In this document: positions 13,601 through 25,545 of the stretch, piece by piece
Position numbering within the stretch: position 1 is the first letter of the stretch
Layout of the letters: each line of letters opens with the position of its first letter
Origin: the human T2T-CHM13v2.0 reference genome, Homo sapiens
Assembly (NCBI RefSeq): GCF_009914755.1
Contig: NC_060927.1
Strand: one strand, 5' to 3'
DNA: 64,000 nt
Translations under genes and position numbers: made by a program
Notes under the pieces: generated by a model
Told to the model about the DNA's origin: nothing
Seen by the model: only the letters and a program-made list of their open reading frames with translations
The model's database searches: none

Positions 13601-15799
13601 AAATTTGGATAAATCAGAAAAGAAATCAGGAAAAATAATTTGCAATTGGATGGGTACCTCTTAATCATTTAATATCTTCTCAGGCAGAATTTTTAGAAAC
13701 TCAAACTTAAATAGCTCTAAATTCCAGATGAATATGTAGTATTTATTAAACCCCCTTGCAATACTGCAAATCTTTGGAAGAATAAATCTCTATTTAGTGT
13801 TATTTGTTCATCAAAGAAATAGACAACTTTCAGAGAAAAGAATCTGAAACTTACATAAACATCAAGCATAGATAGCAGAAACAGATAATGGCTGATATTG
13901 GCAGATCAAAGATTTCCGAAAGCAATATGGTGCCCTTTCCACATCTATGCCAAAGCTCTATGCATTAGCAGGTAACCAAAAGCAGGATTTCTAGATTTCA
14001 AATGCAATTTAGAACCAAGTAATTTCACTATTTTCACATGTAACAATTTGATTTGGTCTCAACACAGAGGGAAACAAATCCAGCTGGCAGCGAATGGTGC
14101 ACCAGGCAGGTGGAGAAGCTAACTCCTCCTTCAGATGGGTCTCTCCTGACACTCAAGCTCACACATTCCAGCTGGCTTTGAAGATTTCCCAAGTTCCTCA
14201 GAATCTGGAACTCCAATTCAGAAACTCAGTTCATCCATTATTCATCATTACTTCACACCAAATTTCTAAATTAGTATCTGACCTGGAAAAAAAAAAAAAG
14301 CCTGGCTCCTTTAAATTTGAGGAGTTGTGCAGGAATGTGATGGAACGGAACACAATGTGACAGATCAATGGAAAGAAGGGCACCAGTTGAGATTTTCAAA
14401 CTTAATTTGAGACTTTTTTTTAACCCACTCTTAAAAAATCTAGTTGCCAACCATCCCTAAAGACCCGCATCTCCAGCTGTCAAAATAATAATTGTCAAGA
14501 AAAAAAAAAGTGCATTAGAAATTGTAAATTCCCACTATGCTTTCTAATACAAAGTTTAACATTCCATTGACTTCTTACTATGGACAAGAGCTGAGTTCTT
14601 ATAATTTGAGTTTAAAGAGAAAGAGCATTTGTTGAGAAAAATGAAAAATGAGACCAGACCAACATAATTCCATGGTGCAAATATCTCATTTTTTTCTTTT
14701 GGTCCTAGGAAGTATGTTTTAAGGAAACCTAATAGTTATATAACCAATGCCATTAGGTGGTTTTCAGCTGGATTTGTTTCCATGGCAGGGTCACGCTCAG
14801 CCTGTAGCAGCACAAGTAATGAGTGAAATGCAAATGTTCAAAGTGTTTGCTGTTCCAAGTCAGAGAGAATCTATTTACAGACAGTGGAGGTCTGAAGGAG
14901 AGAGGGCTCCCTGAGCCTGTAGAACCTAAGATTGTCAGTTTAAATAATAGGACCACACACAACTGTGTTAATTGCCAAGAGGCAGGTCTGAGAGGGTCTC
15001 TTAATTAGGATGAATAGATTTCTACCTGAAATTTTCACTTTACTGTCAGGATTTCCATTGTCTTCTCTAAAGCTGTCTCATTTAGGAGCCAGGTTTGAAT
15101 GCTGTGTGCAGTGAATGTAAATGATCTCAAGCTGAAGGACCTCTGCAGACAGACCCAGGTAGTCTTATTACCAATGCTAATAACACTCTGCTTGTCAAGT
15201 GCTGGGCTGCCTGTGTCCCGGGTTTTGACATCTCCACATTTCTTCACATTGTATACAGATGTGCCAAGGGTCTTCCCTTGCAGGGAGAATATCAACACCA
15301 AATCTTGGAAACAGGACAGAAAGTTATGCCCACTGTGTGATAATCATAGTGGTGTGTGCTGTGAAGACTAGAGGAGAAGTCCACTGCACCCCCATCTAAC
15401 CCACTAGGACTTGTATAAATAAGTAAATAACAAAAGGACAGATTGAGAATCAGCTAAGGGATCTAATTAATAAATCTACCTAAAGTAATGAAAATAAAGC
15501 AGGCTCAATGAAGTCCCTTCAATAGGAGCCTGTTACATTCTTTAAAGTGAATGAATAGTTAAATAATAAAGGGAAATAAGTACTGCATTTTCTTTAATAG
15601 GCAAAAATCAAACTACAAATAATAGAAAGGTTTCTTTACACATGACTAATGAAATCAGTTTCATCGAATTATCTAAATTACCACTAACATGATTAAGCAC
15701 ACCATATCTTAGCATAATACTGGGTAGAACAGGTGCTACAAAAAATATGTAAAACAATCTTTGTCTTTGTTCGCCCTTAAAAACTTCATTTATAATGCA

Positions 15800-15990
15800 T
15801 ATATTGACTAAGCAGTTGCGAGCAAAGCAGTGTCCTGGGCTTTGGGAAAATGAGAAAGTTAGAAAGTAAGAGAAATCCTCTTCCCTGCAGTGCTCTCCCT
15901 GGTGAGAGAAGAGACTGGTGATCACAATTCAGTGTGGGAGGTGGGGCCTGAGGTCAGGAGGCGATGTGTACTTTGAGCTGAGGCCTTGGA
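15800..15990 (-). mobile_element. L2 3' fragment
   Basis: atattgactaagcagttgc..agcagtgtcctgggctttggg..tcctcttccctgcagtgct resembles the reverse complement of the L2 tail. Confidence 0.5.
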
Positions 15991-16009
15991 TTTTTGTCTT
16001 ACAACAAAC

Positions 16010-16197
16010 GCAATTTCAAATCATGGCTCTGCCCACTTACTACCTAAGTCCCTTGAACAAGTTGCGGTTGTCTCATGCTTAAAATAGTGATGACAAAACT
16101 CAACTCCTAAATTGTTGTGAGGATGAGGCAAAGCGATATATGTAAAATGCTTCGAAGAGGGCTTGCTTCAGAGTATGGTCTCAATAAATGGTAGTTT
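16010..16197 (+). mobile_element. MIR SINE
   Basis: ttcaaatcatggctctgcccacttacta..ttgttgtgaggatga..tatgtaaaatgctt..ctcaataaatggtag. Confidence 0.8.
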
Positions 16198-17086
16198 AAA
16201 GTTTAAATTGTACTAGAAGGGAAACTGAAAGAAATTTTGAGCAAAACTCTGTTACAAAGGGCTGCTAACGGTCAAAACAAATTATATAGAACACAAATTA
16301 TTTTTTAGTCACTGACACATATCTTGATGACTTGTTAATTAGAACATATCTACAATTTTATTCCCCCTTACCCTAAAAGGCCTAATGCAGGAATTTTGAG
16401 TGGATTTAGTAATATTATCCTGTTTCTTGTTGAAGTTTAGAAACAAACATAGAGGTCGAAAAGATGGAGATCAGCATATCTGAGAAATGTAGCAGGAAGA
16501 GGCTGCCTAATACTGGATCCTAGAATTAATCCGGAATTAGTCACCGACAAAGCTGGAAACTTACATCATAGAGAAGCCAAAGATATACTGCCTGAAGGCA
16601 GGCTGCTTCTCCAAGAAGGCTGGCAGAGATTGAATAACAAGGGCTGGGTTCCTTTCCCTAATCACACAAATGAGATCAAAGACACTCCTCAACCAGAGTA
16701 AGACTGAGTGAGCAGGCAGAAAGAGGTCAAAGATATTATTCTAGGGCAGCAGCTCTTACTGTGGTCCCAAAGACCCTTTCAGGGATCTACAAACCAAGAC
16801 TATTTTTATAATAATACAAAACTGTTTGCCCTTTTCAGACTTATTCTCTCACTAGTGTACAGTGGAGTTCTCCAGAGGCTACATGACATGTAATATGACA
16901 ACACAATGGTTTGCAGAAGACAGGAGACTCTAGTTGTGTTCCATTAAGCCAGACGTTTAAAAGACTTGCAAAAATTTAAGCATGGCCATCTTTCTCACTA
17001 ATTAGTTTTAATTTGGGAAAATACAGTTTTTTATTGTAAAAGAGGAAAGATAAAAGAAATGAAAAGTAATGGGCTTGTTATTGTTA

Positions 17087-17711
17087 TGTTGTAGGAGTTA
17101 TTAAGAAATTATTTTAGGCAGATAGAGAAGAAAAGGGGTTCTTGGGAAGTTTTCGTTTTTTAAAGCATCTCAGAGAAAGTTTCTTGTAAAGCCCTGGTTC
17201 TTAGAGCCAGGCCAGCAACTTTTGATATGCAAATGCAAGCCATTAGAAACTGGGTCCACCCAAATGTGCTGATTCCTGAGGCCTTCTTGCCCTTGCCCTT
17301 GCCCTGGCAACGTGGCAGCCCCCACATATCCCCACGTGTGTAGAACATCATGGCGCCCTGCATTTGCATATTAAAGGACTAGGGTGGGAGAGCCAGCTTT
17401 TTCGAGGACTACATGAATGACATACCTGGTCAAACCAATCCCCTAAGCCCTATGCAAATCAGACACCGCCTCCTCCAGCCTCTGTATATATCCTGGCTGG
17501 TTTCTGCCCCACTTGGGGTTTCCTCTCTGGGCTTTGGAGCTCCCCTCCCTCTGTCTCTGTACCGGAGCTTCTTCCTTCTGCCTTCTCCCTTCTTTCTGGC
17601 CTATTAAACTCTCCATTCCTTAAAACCACTCCACGCGTGTCTCTGTCATTTTTTCTAATTTGACTGGAGACCAAGAACCCTGGTGTTCCTCCACTCATCA
17701 GAGTTGTATCG
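17087..17711 (+). mobile_element. ERV1 solo LTR, LTR9B-like
   Basis: Starts tgttgtaggagttattaagaaattattttaggcagatagag. Has CCAAT (17435), TATA-like tatata (~17485) and attaaa (17603). Ends gtatc[g]; 4-bp TSD gtta/gttg. Confidence 0.8.
17220..17459 (+). promoter_or_regulatory. Three perfect octamer (POU/OCT4) motifs within the LTR
   Basis: ATGCAAAT at 17227-17234 (preceded by the HMG-like ttttgat), ATTTGCAT at 17362-17369, and ATGCAAAT at 17452-17459. Motif presence only; activity unknown. Confidence 0.6.
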
Positions 17712-18261
17712 GTTGTTTTTGAATAAACAAACCTATTTAAAATTTTACAGTTATTTCTAGTATGGTAAATATATATAGATAAAATTCAAATAAAAGTTCT
17801 CTGAGATTCTCAATAATTGCAAGTAGTATAAAGAGATTCCAAAATCAAAGAGATTAGGAACTACCCTTCCAGTGGAGACTGCTCCACGTGGAAGCCCAAA
17901 TCTTGGGGAATAATTCTTTACATGTTACACTCAATACAGATACTTATCATAGTATACTAGATATTAGGTAAATATGTATAGGTTGGTTAAAATACATAGA
18001 TTTGAAAGACTGTAACCTACAACTAATTCAGGTTTCTCTTCCTGCAAAATAAGAGAAATAGAGTTTAATTTGCATGTTTACTTTGGAGACTCTGATTATT
18101 CCAGGGATTTGATTAGTCTTTTTGTAACTTTGCCCTATGGAGAGTATTTACTTTCCCACCCCCTACCCCACCTCCCCAAGTTCTTCAGAGGTCTGCTTTT
18201 AAATGTTAATACACAGAAAATGTGATATTTGTTGTAATATTTAGGGAGAAAACTATCTAAA

Positions 18262-18459
18262 CAGGTATCACTAAAAATTTTCTGTAAAGGGCCAGATAGT
18301 AAATGTTTTAGGCACTGCAAAGTACACAATCTTTGTCACAACAATTCCACTTTGCTATTATAGAACACACACAATCATAGGCAAAGCGTAAACAAATGAA
18401 TGAGGCTGTGTTACAATAAAACTTTATTTACCAAAACAGGAAGTGGGCCTAGACCTCTG
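18262..18459 (+). mobile_element. MER58A (hAT-Charlie)
   Basis: ttttctgtaaagggccagatagtaaatgttttaggc and gtaaacaaatgaatgaggctgtgttacaataaaactttatttac. Confidence 0.9.
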
Positions 18460-18829
18460 CTCTAGGGGGACTGTAAGAATATCTTTGAAGCAAATAAGAA
18501 ATTTATGAATAAGTGTCCTACAACAGAGCTTTGAGCTGTGAGTATAGCATTCTAATGAGTTACATGTACTACAGTAGTTCCTTGGGTGTAAAGCTAATAA
18601 TAAGATTTAAACTTGTTCCTCAGAAGAGTTTTTCTCAGGAAAAAAAATTAAAAAAAAAAACAAAAAACGAGACTCATTGCAGCTGCTATGAGACATCTCA
18701 ACAGAGATGCTGCTGAAAAATGAACAAGAAACTGAGTATGTGGGAGATGCTAGGAACCATTTGAAAGCAGCTGAAACACTTGCTGATGAGAGTTTCCATA
18801 GTGAATCATACTAGTAGGATCTAGAATTG

Positions 18830-19261
18830 TAGGGAAACCGCTTGATTTCCTTGGTATCTAAGGCTCCTGGGTCTCTGTGTGTGCCTGAGCAGCTGCTCTG
18901 CCAAGACTCCACATAGCTCTGTGTGTCAGACTGAGGCCCTGGTGGAGTGGGTTCATGAGGTGATCTCCTGACCTGAGGATTACAAGGACCCATGAGAGAA
19001 GTGTGGGTTTCTGGAGTCACACATTCACTCACCACTTCCCTGGGTCAGGGAGGTTCCCCTGGCTCCACGTCACTCCTGGATGACCCATTATCCTGCCTTG
19101 CTTTTCTCCATTCTCCATTGATTAAGTTGTTTCCTTGATTAGTCTCAGTGTGTGTACCTGGATATTTCTGTTGAAGGTGCTGTATTTATTCACCCCTCCT
19201 ATTCCTCTCTGTGAGAATGGTGCACACCATCTCCTTCTAGTCAGCCACTTTGTCCATCTCC
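18830..19261 (-). mobile_element. Isolated first ~430 bp of an older primate L1 5'UTR (L1PA15/16-L1PREC2 type)
   Basis: Minus strand starts gagatggacaaagtggctgactagaagg.. and contains aatacagcaccttcaacagaaatatccaggtac, then stops with no ORF1, ORF2 or poly-A. Confidence 0.75.
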
Positions 19262-22200
19262 CTTTTTATTTTTAATTAACAAGTAAAAATGTTATATGTG
19301 GATGATGTACACTATGACATTTTTATACATGTGTACACTGTGGAATGGTTAAATCAAGCTATGTAACATGCATTACATCACATACTTATAATTTTTTTAT
19401 GGTGAGAAAAAATTCTACTCTTTCAGCAATTTTCAAGCATACAATATATTGTTATTAACTACAGTCACTATGATATACAATAGATCTCCTGAATATATTC
19501 CTCCTATGTAACTGAAATTTTGTATCCTTTAACCAACATCTCCCCAGTTGACCCTCCACACCCAAGGCTCTGGTAACCACCATTCTACTCTCTGCTTCCG
19601 TAAGTTCAACTTTTTTTGATTCCACATGTAAGCGAGGTTATGTAGTATTTTCTTTATGTGCCTAGCTTATTTCACTTCACCTAGTTTCCCCAAGTTCATC
19701 CATGTTGTTGCAAAAGACAGAATTTCCTTTTTTTAAAAAAGGCTAAATAGTATTTAATTGCTTACATATGCCACATTCACTTTATTCATTCATTGATAGG
19801 CACTTATATTGATTCCATATCTTGGTTATTGTGAATAATGCTGCAATGAATACGAGAGTGCAGATATCTCTTCCACATATTGCTTTCATATCATTTGGAT
19901 ACATACTCAGTAGTAGGATTGTTGGATAACATCATAGTTTTATTTTTAATTTTCTGAGGAACCCCTGTATTGTTTTCCATAATGGCTGTATTAATTTACA
20001 TTCCCATTAGCAGTGTACATGGGTTTTCTTTTCTTTACAACCTTGCCAACACTTCTCTCATCTTTTGGATAATTGCCACCCTAACATGTGTGAGGTGATA
20101 TCTCATTATTCTTTTGATTTGCATTTTCCCGATAATTATGTTGAGCATTTTTTCATACACCTGTTGGCCATTTGTATGTCTCTTTTGAGAAACGTCTATT
20201 TGGGTACTTTGTCCATTCGCTAATGAAGTTATTTGTTTTCTTACTATTGAGTTAAGTTCCTGAGATATTTTGGATATCAACCATTATCAGAGATATAGTT
20301 TGCAAATGTTTTCTCCCATTCTGTATGTTATCTATTCACTCTGTCAATTGCTTCCTTTGCTGTGCAAAAGCTTTCTTTTTTGATGTAATCCCATTTGTCT
20401 ATTTTTACCTCTGTTGCTTTTGGGGTTACACCAAAAAAAAAAAAAATCTTTTGTCCAGACAAATGTCATGAAGTTTTTAGCCTATATTTTCTTCTAGTAA
20501 TTTTATAGTTTTAGATTTTACGTTTAGGTCTTTAATTTATTTTCAATTGATTTTTGTATATGGTGTGAGATGAGAGTCTAATTTTATTTTTATGCATATC
20601 CATAGTCAGTTTTTCCAGAATAATTTATTGAAGAGATTGATCTTTTCCCATTGTGTGTTCTCAGCACATTACCAAAGAAGTTGACTATAAATGCATGGAC
20701 TTAATTCTGGACTTTCTATTCTGCTTCATTTGTGTCTATGTCTGTTTTTATGACATCTCCATGCTGTTTTGATTACTATTGCTTTGTAGTAGACTTTTAA
20801 ATGAAGTAGAGTGATGCCTCCAGCTTTGCTCTTTTAGCTCAACATTGCTTTGGCTATTTGGGGCCTTCTGTGGTTCCCTACTAATTTTAAGATTTCTTTT
20901 CCATTTATATAAAAATGTTATTAGAATTTTGATAGGGATTGCAATGAATCTAAATTACTTTGGATGATATGGATTTTTTAACAATATTAATTCTTCTAAT
21001 CCATAAACAGAGAATATTTTTCCATTGACCTGAGTCTTCTCTTTTCATAAATGTTTTATTATTTTCAGTTTACAGATTTTTCACCTGCTTGGTCAAATTT
21101 ACTTCTAAGTATTTTAGTTTTGGTACCTATTGCGAATGGGGTTATTTTCTTAATTTCATGTTTGAATGAAATTCATTGTTAGTGTATGAAAACATTATGA
21201 TTCTTGATGTTAATTTTATATCTGCAACTTTATTGAATTTGTTTATTAGCTGTAACAGTTTTTTGGTGGCATCTTTAGGATTTTTTAAATGTAAGATTGC
21301 GTCATCTGCAAACAGAAAAAAAATAACTTCTTTATTTTCTATTTGGATGCCATTTATTTATTGTTCTTTCTTAATTGCTCTGGCTAGAACTTTCAGCACT
21401 ATGCTGAATAGAAGAGGCAAAGGTGGGCATCCTTGTATTGCCCCTTATCTTGGAAGAAAACCTTCAAAGTTTCACCATTGAGAATGTATGTTAGCTATGG
21501 GCTTGGTGTATACGGCCTTTATTGTGCAGAGGTACATTTCTTCCACACCTAATTTGGTGAGGGCTTTTATCATAAAATGTTGTTGGATTCTGTGGAATGT
21601 TTCTTCTGCATCTATTGAAATGATTATATGATTTTTGGTCTTCATTTTCTTAATGTAGTATATCACATTTAGTGGCTTGCATATGTTGAACCATTCTTGC
21701 ATTCCACTTGATCGTGATGAATGATCCTTTTAATGTGCTGTTAAATTTGATTTGCTAGAATTTTATTGAGGATTTTTTCAACTCTGCTTATGAAGGAATG
21801 CTGGCCTGTAATATTCTTTTTCTGTAGTGTCCTTGTCTGAGTTTAGTATCAGAGTAATGCTGGCTTGTAAAATGAGTTGGAAAGTGTTCCCTACTTTTCA
21901 ATGTTTTGGAGGAGTTTGAAAAGGATTGGTAATAGTTCTCCTTTAAAGATTTGGTAGAATTTAGCAGTGGAGCCAGAAGGTCCCAGGCTTTTCTTGGAGG
22001 GGAGAGTTTTTATTATTGATTCAGTCTCATTACTTGTAATTGGTCTGTTCGGATATTCTATTTCTTCATGATTCAGTCTTCGTAGGTTGTATGTGTCCAG
22101 GAATTTATCCATATCTTCTAGGTTACCCAATTTTTTGTCATATAATTGTTTATATTAGCCTCTTGTGATCCTGTGTATTTCTATTGCATCAGTTGTAATG

Positions 22201-22828
22201 TTCCTCTTTCATTTCTGATTTTATTTTTCGAGTCTTTTCTCTTTTTTCTGAGTCTAGCCTACCTAAACATTTGTCTGGGCCTAAACAAAAATGTATATTA
22301 TAGTCTTAGCCTTCATCTAGTCTAACTGAAGTTTTGTCTAAACCTTTAGCCTGAGGAAAGGTTTGTGGATTTTTTCTGTTTTTTTTTAGAAAACCTACTC
22401 TTAGTTTTGTTTTTCTTTTTTGTTTTTTGCCTCTATTTTATTTATTATAGTTTCATATTATTACCTTCTTTCTACTAACTTTAGACTTTGTTCTTGATTT
22501 TCTAGTTCCTTGAGGTGTAATATTAGTTGTTTTTTTGGGGGGGGTTGCTGGGATCATTCTTCTTTGTAACTTAGGTGTTTATTGGTATAAACTTTCCTCA
22601 ATGAACTGCTTTTGCTACATCCCATAGTTTTGGTATATTGCATTTCCATTTTTGTTTGTCTCTAGCTATTTTTAAGTTTTCTTTGAATTGTTTCTTTGAC
22701 ACATTGGTTGTTTCAGAGCATGTTGTTTTATATCCACATATTTGTATGTTTCTAAAAATTCCTCCTGTTATTAATTTCTAGTTTCATACCATTGAGATTA
22801 GAAAAGATACTTGATAAGAGTTTTTCTT

Positions 22829-23174
22829 CTGGGTAATTTATAATGAAAAGTAATTTATTGGCTCACAATTCTAGAGGCTGAGCAGTACAATATCAAAGTG
22901 CCAGCACCTGGTGAAAGCCTCGGTGACTATGATATAACATGGTAGAAAGGATCACATGGCACAAGGGCAAAGAGAAGGCAAGAGTGAGAGAGCAAGAGAG
23001 TACAAACCCGCTTTTGTGATAACACACCCACTCCCACAATAATGGCTTTGGTTCACTCATGAGAGTGGAACACTAATGACAATAAACACTTTTTGAAAGT
23101 CCCACCTTCTAATACTATCACAGTGGCAATTTTCAGTGTGAGTTTTTGAGGGAATAAACATTCAAACCACAGCA
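22829..23174 (-). mobile_element. MaLR solo LTR (MSTD/MSTB-like) nested in L1MA
   Basis: ctgggtaatttataatgaaaagtaatttattggctcacaattctagaggctg..cattcaaaccacagca; left terminus deleted. Confidence 0.88.
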
Positions 23175-23931
23175 GTGGCCTAACATGTAATGTACCCTGG
23201 ACAAAATTATGTGTGTTCTTGAGAAAAATGTGTATTCTGCTGCGATTGGATAAAATGTTCTCTATATGTCTGTTAAGCCCATTTGATCTAAAATGTATTA
23301 AAATCTTAGGTTTTCTTATTGATTTTTTGTCTGTATGATCTGTTCATTGTTGAAAGTGTGGTATTGAAGTCCTTTATTGTCATTTTATTGTCTATATCTC
23401 TCTTCAAATGTATTAATATTTGTTTTATATATTTAGGTACTCTGATGTTGGGTGTATATATATTTACAATTGTTATATCTTTTTGACAAACTGATCCCTT
23501 TATCATTATATAATGACTTTCTTTTTCTCGTTTTGCAGTTTCTGACTGAATGTCTATTTTATCTGATATAACTACAGCCACCTCTGCTCTCTTTTGGTTT
23601 TCATTTGCATGAAATATCTTTTTTTTATCCTTTCACTTTTAATCTATGTGTACTCTTCAAGGAGAAGTGAGTCTCTTTTGTAGGTGGCATATAGTTGAGT
23701 CTTGTTGGTCTTTTTTTTTCATTCATTCATCCACTCTATGTTTTTTGATTAGATAATTTTATACATTTACATTCAAGGTAATTATTGATAGGCAAGAATT
23801 TTCTAGTGCCATTTGGTTAATGATTTCCTCATTGTTTTATAGATTATTTTCTTCCTTTCTTGCTGCCTTCCTTTGTGGTTAGATGATTTTCTATAGTGGT
23901 ATGTTTTGATTTCTTACTCTTAATCTTTTAT

Positions 23932-24218
23932 AGCCAGACATGGTGGCTCATGCCTAAAATACCAGCACTTTGGAGGCCAAGGCAGGAGGATCACTTGAGC
24001 CCTGGAATTCAAGACCAGCCTGGGCAACATAGAGAGACCCCATCTCTACTGAAAATTTTAAAAGTAGCTGGGCATGATGACGGACACCTGTAATCCCATC
24101 TACTTGGAAAGCTGAGGTGGGTGGATAGCTTGAGTCCTGGAGTTTTAGGTTGCAGTAACCTATGATCACACAGCAATGCACTGGGAAACAGAGTGACAAC
24201 TTGTCTCCAAAAAAAAAA
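23932..24218 (+). mobile_element. AluJ nested in L1MA
   Basis: ggcaggaggatcacttgagccc..cctgggcaacatag..ctatgatc (J diagnostics). Approximate TSD aatcttttat / catcttttgt. Confidence 0.92.
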
Positions 24219-24299
24219 CATCTTTTGTGTATCTACTATGAGTTTTTGCTTTGTGATTACCATGAGGCTTACAAAAAAACACCTTATAGTTATAACTTC

Positions 24300-25545
24300 T
24301 GTAAGTGGTGCTGGGAAAACTGGCAAGCCACATGTAGAAGGATAAAACTGGATCCTCATCTCTCATCTTATACAAAAATCAACTCAAGATAGATCAAAGA
24401 CTTCAATCTAAGACCAGAAACCAGAAAAACTGTAGAAGGTAACATTGGAAAAACTCTTCTAGACATTGGCTTAGGCAAAGAATTTATGACTAAGACCCAA
24501 AAAGTAAATGCAACAAAAATAAAAATAAATAAATGGGACCTAATTAAACTAAAAAGCTTCTGCAAAGCATATAAAATAATCAGCAGAGTAAAAGACAACC
24601 CATAGAGTGGAAGAAAATATTTGCAAGCTATGCATCCAACAAAGGACTAGTGTCCACATCTACAAGGAACTTGAACAAATCAACAAGAGAAAAATAACAT
24701 CATCAAAAAGTGGGCATAAGACATGAATAGACATTTCCCAAAAGAAGATATACAAACAGCCCACAAACATATGAAAAAATGCTCAGCATCACTAATCATC
24801 AGGGAAATGCAAATTAAAACCACAATGAGATACTGCCTTACTCCTGCAAGAATGGCCATAATTAAAAAGTCAAAAAACAATAGATGTTAGCATAGATGTG
24901 GTGAAAATGAGTACTTTTACACTGCTGGTGAGCATGTAAATTAATACAACCACTATGGAAAACAGTATGCAGATTCCTTAAAGGACTAAAACTAGAACTA
25001 CCATTTGATCCAACAATCCCACTACTGAGTATCTACCCAAAGAAAAAGAAGTCATTACATAAAAAACACATATGAACATGCATGCTTACAGCAGCACAAT
25101 TTTCAACTGCAAAGATATGGAACCAACCTAAGTCCCCATCAAACAATGAGTGGATAAAGAAAATGTGGTATATAGATATATACCATGGAGTACTACTCAG
25201 CTATAAAAAGGAATGAAATCATGTCTTTTGCAGCAATTTGTATGGAGCTGGAGGCCATCATGCTAAGAGAAGTAATTCAGCAATAGAAAGCAAATATTGT
25301 ATGTTCTCCCTTATAAGTGAGAGCTAACCTATTAGAATGCAAATGCATAAGAGATACATAATGGACTTTGGGGACTCATGGGGGAAGGCTAAGAAGGGGA
25401 TGAGGGATAAAAGACTATAAATTGGGTACAGTGTACACTGCTCAGGTGATAGGTGCACTAAAATCTCAGAAATTACCACTAAAGAACTTATCCATGTAAA
25501 CAAAAGTCACCTGTACTCCCAAAACTATTGAAATTTTTTAAAAAA
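24300..25545 (+). mobile_element. 5'-truncated L1PB (L1PB2-like) nested antisense in L1MA
   Basis: ORF2 3' end (gggaaaactggcaagccacatgtagaagg) and L1PB 3'UTR gggtacagtgtacactgctc..ccactaaagaacttatccatgtaa. Degraded TSD cttatagttataac (24283) / cttatcattatcac (25547). Confidence 0.9.

Larger units (their letters stand above)
16745..17868 (+). mobile_element. hAT-Charlie DNA transposon (MER119-like), split by an LTR
   Basis: gtggtcccaaagaccctttcaggg, agtgtacagtggagttctccagaggctacatgac and ccattaagccagac; resumes after 17711 with tagtatggtaaatat..ggaactacc. Confidence 0.75.
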
